From the IMG/VR virus record IMGVR_UViG_3300040811_001959: DNA of 64,000 bases. One strand, given 5' to 3'. Origin of the DNA: a virus (Duplodnaviria; Caudoviricetes). A model generated the notes under the pieces. That model saw nothing but the letters and a program-made list of their open reading frames with translations, had not been told where the DNA came from and ran no database searches. A program made the translations under genes and the position numbers. Positions 12,901 to 21,900 of the stretch are shown here, piece after piece. Numbering within the stretch: the first letter of the stretch is position 1; each line of letters starts with the position of its first letter.

Positions 12901-15900
12901 AGAATAAATCCAACTGAAGCATATTTTAGTGACGGTAATAGTTCTTCACCGTTTCCGTCTTTCAATAATACAAAAACTTATGTAAAACATGCAGGTTATG
13001 TTTCTCCTAGTGATGTAGATTATACACTTGCAGATTATACAGATTTGTTAAAAGTAAATTTAAATGATATTAAAGTAAACGAATATTTTTGGATAGGTAA
13101 TGATCCAAATGGTTGGAATATATATCAATATAAAAATTATAATAAATTTATCAAATTTGAGGTCATCGGTACAGACAACCTTGCCTTAGAATTTGAATTT
13201 GATATAGAAGATGATTTTCAAATAGGACAAATAGTCGGTGTAAGTAATGTAGAAAAAATTACATTTGTTGGGCAAGATTCTACAGTAATTGCTAATGATT
13301 ATGTAAGTTCTTTTTCAGGCGTTTTTCAAATTACGGATATTCAGATTAATAAGATTATATGTGCATTAACTGATCTAGCATTATTAGTCCAGATTAATAC
13401 AGACTCTTTACAAGGCGATACAACTGGAATAGTAAGTATTTTTTCGTCTGTTAGGGTTTCTAATTTACAAGGATTAGAACAGTTAGTGTTAAAAGATTAT
13501 CAATTAAATAAGAAAATTTGGGTAGACGAAGATGCTGATAAAAATTGGAGTGTATATCAAATTAATCACGAGTTTAAACTTTCTACCTCTGTAACAAATC
13601 CTGCAAAAAATATTACATCGTTTGGAAACAAAATTAGTATTAATGATAGAAATACAGTGTTAGCAATAGCAGATCCTTTACAAAATGACGGAATTGTTTA
13701 TGTTTATACAAGGCCTAGTATAAATCAAAATTGGAAATTATTTCAAATATTATCACCTGAAGAACCAGATAGCGAGTCGTTTAACATTGGTGATAGTGAG
13801 GAAAATGCAGGAATTATTTTTGTTATAACAAATAATAGTGTAGAAAATATAAATTTAGTATACAAAAATGGTGAAAAAATAAATGAAGCAAATTATAGCA
13901 TTAATGTAGAGAATAATCAAGTAATAATGACATCTGCTATTTTAGCAGATGATACTATAACAATATCTTTCCTTAAACACATCATACCTTATAAATTTGG
14001 AGCAAGTCTTGATGTAGAAAATAACAGCAATCATATAATTGTTGGCGCACCGGATGCATCTTATTTAAAAACTAGAATAAAAGGAACTTTTGATCCTACT
14101 ATGAATTATAGTTCAGGAGATATTGTAAATTATGAAGTTCAGGATATTGGAGTAAAAAATTATTATAGGGCATTAGTTGATATATTACCAGAATCTTCTG
14201 CTCAAGAATTTAACGCTTTTTTTAATTATAGTAAATGGTTGTATGATAATAATTTATATTTTGAAAATTCTTACAGTTTTCCATTGTTATTTACAGGAAC
14301 ATACAACGAGAGAGAAGAGACTACTGATCATCTTATTATTAGAATTCCATCTACAGTTTATAATGGTATTAAAGTAGATGATCAAATAGTTTTACACTGG
14401 AACACCCTTACAAATGCCAATCAAACCCAATTAGAATTAGTAGAAAGACAGCCCTTTGATGGATTATACAGTCAAATTGATAATGTTTTCTTGAATAATA
14501 AACATACGATATTGTATAAATTTAGTAAAATTATAAAAGTTGCCAACTCTGCAATATCATTAAGCAAAGGGCAGCAAATAAGTTCTACTACAGCTAATGC
14601 AGAAATAGAGCAGGCAATTAGTATTGGAAACTCAAATGATTTTATAATCTATTTAAAAAATATACAAGGAAGTCTATTACAAGTTGATTCAATAAAGGTT
14701 GGTATACAAATAGTTGGAAACTATGAATTAATTGCGCCCTTAGAAGAAGAATCTATCGTACAAGATGAGTTTGCTGGATTTATTGCAATATCGACTCCGG
14801 CATATACTACAACATATAATAGAACTGATTCAGGTAGAGGATTAATAATTAGAGAATTAATTACAGAAAAAAGTCCAGATCAAAATTTAATTTATAGTAA
14901 CATATTAGAATATGATAATGCTAGTTTGATTAGGATATTGAGTTATGAAGATTATAATTTAAATAATTTAGGAGAATATAATCCTATTACTAAAAATTTA
15001 CGATATTTTTTGATTAGGGCTTCAAAAACATTAACAGATACTTACGTAGATGACTCGATTAATTTTTATTTTAATCAATTACCTAAAACTGTCTCTGTCT
15101 TAAAAGTTAGGAATACAAGATTTACAACTAAACCTGTTGTTGTAAAAGGTGAAACACTTAGACAAAAAAATAATAGTCTTGCTACTGTGACTATTTTTAG
15201 TGATACAGTTGAAATAGATCCTGCAACAATTAATTTTTCTAATCCTGTATATCTTATACAAGTTCAAAATGTAAGCGAAACTTCTTTTAATTTTATAGAT
15301 GATCTTGTTGGTTCTGAGAGTGGTGAATTATTTTGTAGACCTATAGAGGAACCTGTTGTACCTAAATTAGATACTTTAGAAGAAATAGGATTAAACACAA
15401 ATTTACTCATTAATAATAATCTTGATATATGGAATACATGGGATGGATATATTATATATCAAGAAAATAGAACCGATTCAAACGGTTTACCATATGTACC
15501 ATATGCAAAGTATATAGAAGATGGCATAAATTTAACGTCGTTTGATGGCAACAATCCAAATGAAAGAGTCGGTCAAACTATTAGAGAAATTAATGAATCA
15601 GGAAATCCTACAAATAATACAGCAGAGGTAATGTATGTACAACGGATTGGAAATAACAGGTTGATTTTATTTGTTAATAATGTGCAAGGTAATTGGAGGT
15701 TAGGACAAGATCAAGATCAACCTGCTCAATTACAAATGGATGCTCACCCAACCGGACAAGATATTTTTTCACGACTTAATATTTTCAATTTTGACAGAGA
15801 ATTTGGAGTTTCAGTTAATGTTATTTTACCAAGTGAAGATGTAGGTAAATTTTTTGTAATTGATTACGGATCAGAAATACAAGCAATTTTTGATCAAGTT

Positions 15901-18900
15901 ACAGCACAACCAAAAAATATTTTGATTAATCAAGAATATTGGTTTTTTAATAATGAATCGATACAAGGTCTACCTAGATTAGCTGCTTATCCTAATAACA
16001 ATTCTGTTGTTTGGGAAAGGATATATAGTTTGTCAATTGATGACACTGGTACAGCGTCAACTTATGAAAAAGAAGGTGTAGTATTTGTTTATAAAAAAAT
16101 TGGAGCAAAATATCAATTAGTAAAAAGGTTGTTGGGTCCTGATAGACAAAATAATTATAAATGGGGCAGTAATTTAAAAATTGGAAATTTTCAAAATGTT
16201 TCAAAAACATTTATACTTGCTGATAATCCAAAACGTTTATATTTTGTAAAAGATGGAAATGATAATGGTATTGTTTATAATTGGGACTACGCTACAAATA
16301 AGAAATATAAAGGAGTGTATAATGAAAACGAAACATACTTTACTGGAGATATTGTATTTGTTCCTCGTAATGTAACAGAAAATGTATTTTCAAGTGATAT
16401 AGGAATTTTTGATGGAACTTTGTTTGAATCATTAACCAATGGATCTGTAAATGTTTTAAAAAATAACAGTTATGAAATAAATACCGATTACTGGAAATTA
16501 GCCGATGAATTAATTGATTATGTTGGTTTTGTACCAAACAATTCTGGTAATGTGCAGTTAGACTCTACCGACATAAGCACATTATCTGTTGATGGTCTTA
16601 TAAAATTTGGTTTAAATTTTGATATAAGTGATAATGCAGAAGTTTTAGCTGTATTAATAAAATATGATAATACTAACAAAAATAAAATAAGCATTTTCCG
16701 AAATGATCAAGGTTATTATAGATTCAGTCAGATAATAGAAGCAGACACTCCTGAAATAGAGTTTGGTTATAGTTTTGCTTTAAGCAGCGATGGTAACACT
16801 TTAGCAATAGGTGCTCCCTTATTTGATACAAAAAGAATAAATGTTGGTAAGGTGTATGTTTACAAATTAGAAAATACAAAATTTGTTTTGAAGCAAGAAT
16901 TGTCTAGTCCAAATAATGAAATTGAAGAAATGTTTGGAATAACAGTAGATATAAATGATAATTTAATTGCTGTAGGAAGTGCTAATGCAGACATTAAAGT
17001 AGAAACAACGTATGATAGTAATGATACAATTTTTGATAACGGACTGACAACTTTTAAGTATACAAAGTCTGACAAAGGAGCCATATTTGTTTATGATGAT
17101 ATAAATGGACATTACGTGTACGGTAATAAAATTATCTATGATAACCCGTATGCTAATTCTTATGATCTTGGAGAAAATTTTGTATTAAAAAATAAATTTT
17201 TGTATGTTTCTGATCCTAATTATACAAATGAAAATGGTACTATCGGATATGTTTTAAATTATTCTAACATAGAAAATAAATTATACGATAATATAAGTAG
17301 GCAAAAACAAACAGTTGATTTATCAAAAGTAAAGAAAATTTTCCTGTATAATACAAAAACTAAAGAAATAATAAAATATTTAGATTACGTAGATGTATTA
17401 CAAGGAAAATTACCAGGTCCTGCTGAACAAAATATATCATATAAATTATATTATGATCCTGCAATTTACTCAACAGGAGGATCTTCTGTAGTAGTTGATC
17501 CAACGACAGCATGGACGACAGAAAATGTTGGAAAAATTTGGTGGGATTTAAGCACAGTAAAATATTACTATCCTTATATAAACGACATATCGTTTTCTAC
17601 TAATTTTTGGAATAAGCAATTTTTAAATACTAATGTAGATTTATATGAATGGGTAGAAAGTCCATTACTTCCATTAGATTGGAACGAATTGTCAGAAACT
17701 AATGAAGGATATAGTTTAGGAATTACAGGTAGAGCAAAGTATACTGACTCATATACAGAAAAATCAATTTACAACAATGTTACTGATAGAATAGAAAAAA
17801 AGTATTACTTTTGGGTAAAAGATGCCAAAAATATACCAGATTTAGATAACCGGACAATTAGTGCATACAAACTTCAAACATTAATGAAAGACCCATTAAA
17901 CGAAGGGTACGAATTTGTTTCTCTTATTAGTGATAATGAATTTGCAATTTATAATTGTGAAAAATTCTTAAATGATAAGGATGTAGCAATCAGTTTTCAA
18001 ATATATAAAGATACTGATCAACGCATAAACACTCATTTTCATTATGATATAATTACAGAAGATATTGAAACAAATAAAATAAAAGAAAATTTATCTGTAA
18101 AATGGATTGATAGTCTAGTAGGATATGATTTGTATGGTAGGTCTATTCCTGATATATCTATAGGTGAGAAATATCGATATGGCAATTTAACAGAACCAAG
18201 GCAAAGTTGGTTTGTTAATAGGCAACAAGCATTAAAAGAATATGTTCAACGTATAAATCGAGTACTTAAAGAAAATTTAATAGTTGATTCAAAAAATTTA
18301 AAAAATTTATATTTAAAAGATGAATATCCTTTAGAATCATCTAACCAATACGATTTAATTGTAGATAATTTAGATGCATTAAATTTATATGGTATTGCAA
18401 AAGCTGAACAGGCAAGCATAGATATTACGGTTGAAAATGGAAAAGTTGTAAGTGCGAGGATAATAAATCCGGGTCGAGGTTATATAAAAACTCCTACATT
18501 TACAGTTATTGGACAAGGATCTAATCTTGAATTAAATTTTACACTTAATGCTATCGGATCTATAGTTAATGTTGATATTGTAAATGCAGGAGAAAATTAT
18601 AACAATAACGCTAGTGTAGAAATTAGAAAATTTACTGCATTGGTGTTAAATGATGAAACTATAAATGGTAAATGGGCATTATACGAAAGAAATTATACTG
18701 CTAATTCTTGGAATAGGGTTAGAAGTCAAGGATACGATACAAGAGCATATTGGAAATTTATAGATTGGTATAGTACTGGTTATGACAGTACAACTCCTAT
18801 AAATTTTATAATAGATTTTTCTTATCAATTAAATTCTATCAATGATACAATAGGAAATATTGTAAAAATTAATACTATAGGATCAGGTGGATGGTTGCTA

Positions 18901-21900
18901 CTTAAAAAGGTTGATAATCAAGATAATGTTGACTATTCAATTAATTATGAAACTATTGGACGAGAAAATGGTACAATTGAATTTTTAAATACATTGTATG
19001 ATCCGTATGCAGCCTATTATAATTTTGATTTAAAAAGTTTTGATATTAGTTTTTATGACGATCTTCCAACCACAGAGGTAAGAATTATTGCTAATGCAAT
19101 CAAAGATGATATTTTTGTAGATGATTTAGCTATAGAATATAATCGTTTATTTTTTGCAGCTATTAGATATGTTTTATCAGAGCAAGGTTATGTTGATTGG
19201 TTGTTTAAAACAAGTTTTATAAGAGTAAAACATAATGTAGGTAATTTACGTAAAGATGTAACTTTTAACAATGATAATTTACCAAGTTATGAGGACTATG
19301 TCAACGAAGTAAAGCCTTACAAGACAAAAATTAGAGAATATATAAGTTCTTATGAAAAAATTGACAATAATCCATTATTAACAGCAGATTTTGATTTGGC
19401 ACCTGCATATGTTGATAGAGATAAAAGGATATTACCACAACAGATTAAAGTCTTTGGAGATGTTTTGTATGGAGTATCCGACGAACATATGACTTATCCT
19501 AATAAAAATTGGTTAGATAATTGTTATTATGTAGTAACAGACATAAAAATATCTTATTCTGGGTATGGATATAAAACAGTTCCTACTGTTAGATTCGAAG
19601 GCGGCGGTGGTAGTGGCGTTAAAGCAGTTGCATTTTTAGGTGAAAATGGATCAATTGTAAACATAGAAGTTATAGACGAAGGTTCGGGATACTTGCAAGC
19701 GCCGCAAATTTATATTGATGGCGAAACATATAACGATTTTGCTCCTGCTAGGGTAAGTGTTATTTTAGGTAAACCTCTTGTACGTAGTACGTTAACAAAA
19801 ATAAAATTTGATAGGATAGCAAAGACAATTTTTTATAGTAATATCGATGAATCTTATACAGAAATAACTTCAGGATCAAAATATATATTTGATTTATACT
19901 GGCCAATGTCTTTATTGCCAAAAGATGTAAATGTGTACGTAAACGGAGAAAAACTGTTGTTTAGTAGATATAAGTATGAAAATGTATTAGATAATACCAA
20001 GTCATACACTAGGTATCTAGGTAGAGTAACATTGGTAGATGTGCCTAGCAATTATTCTGAGGTGAAAATTGAGTATAAAAAAGATATTAATTTATTGCCA
20101 GCTTTAGATAGGTTAAATTATTATTATTCACCTATAGAAAATCAATTTGGAAATACTCCTAATCAGTTGTTAGACGGTATCGATTACGGAGGTGTTGAAG
20201 TTAAAAGTTTTGGATTTGGTAATACAACCGGATGGGATTCGCATGCATTTTTTGTTAATCAATATGATACATATGATACAACATTTGAAGACCATGTAAA
20301 CACAGTTGGTAAAAATTTACTGTATAACAGCAATATAGGATATAAGATTCAAATAAATTGGACAAATTTTGCAAAGGCAGTTAATGCTTTAGTAAAAGGA
20401 GACAGTGTTGAAATTGATAATCATACATTGTTCTATTCAATATTTAATGTAAACCAATTAGGAGAACCTGTAACAGATCCTTTAGATGGTACAAGTATTT
20501 TAAATGTACTAGATGAATTAGTATCAGAACTGGTACTTGACCAAAACGGAAATGTTGTTTTAGATGAAAACGGCGATGCTTCGTATCAGTTAACACCAAG
20601 AATTACAATACGTAGTGTTGAACAAATATTGTTATATGGATTGAATAGTGTTGATTTAGAAGAACTTGCAATATACAATATTGAAACACAAATAATTCCA
20701 ATTATATCTACATTAACCGGAAGTCAGGTTGAAAATTTAATAAATGAAACAAATTCAGTTTTAAATGATGTAAAATTAATTTTTAAAACACCGTTAGAAG
20801 AAAATGTCCAGTATAATGTTTATTATAATGGATTAAGGATAGATGATATTAATTTTGTAACTGATCCAACTAATATAACTAATCCTAATGCTACACTTGC
20901 TACAATAATAGGCGACGGTTTACAGCAAGAATTGATTTTAAGAGATATAGTTTCTGATTATCAAACAGATGATGTTGTGATACTACGTAAACCTACAAGC
21001 GATGGTAGTTTTTTACCTACTGATTTGGATTATGATACATTACTTGTTGGAGGAAATTTAGATTATACCAATGCTAAAGGAATAGAATCAGCAGATATTG
21101 TTGTAGATGGAGATAATTTTGTAACGCATACTACATCAAAAGGACCTGAAGAAAATGTTCCTGGTTTAGTTCAAGATACATTAGATATAAAAGTTTATGA
21201 AAGACCAATTGTAGGATCTTCTAATATTTTCTCCATGAATTATATAACAGATGGAATTAACAACACTTACAATATTGGAAATTATCCTTTATCTGCAAGA
21301 AATTTAATTGTAAAAATTGACAAAGAAATAGTAACTAATTATTCTGTGAATTCTAACAAAACAATTACATTTAATACCTTATTACCTGCTGGTAAACGTG
21401 TTAATATAACAACATTAGATTACAGTGGTTTTGATGTGTTAGATGTTGATACAATTGAATGTATATTGTCTACGAATATCTTTGTTGTGAATGCAAGATG
21501 GGAAGAAAATTTACAAAGTGAAGTATCTGTAAATGGAAAAGAAATAGACTATGTAATTGTGCCTTCTAATACAGAGTTTAGCGATAGTAGTAATAATATT
21601 TTAATAAAGTTTGGAAAAAACATAAATGTAGGCGATGTTGTACGTTATGTAATTTATTCAAATAAAGAAGGACAAGAAAAACAAAAATTTAGCACAACAT
21701 ATATAGATAATTTTATAGCCGATGGCAGTACTAATATATTTGAATTAACTAAATTACCAGAATTGCAACAACCTGCTGAATGGTATACTATGGTTTTAGT
21801 AAATAATAAATTGTTAAATCCAGGTTATACAGAAACATTTATTTTAACAGATAGTAGAGAATATAATTTGAAATTGCATCAAGTTCCTTTGAGGACTGTA

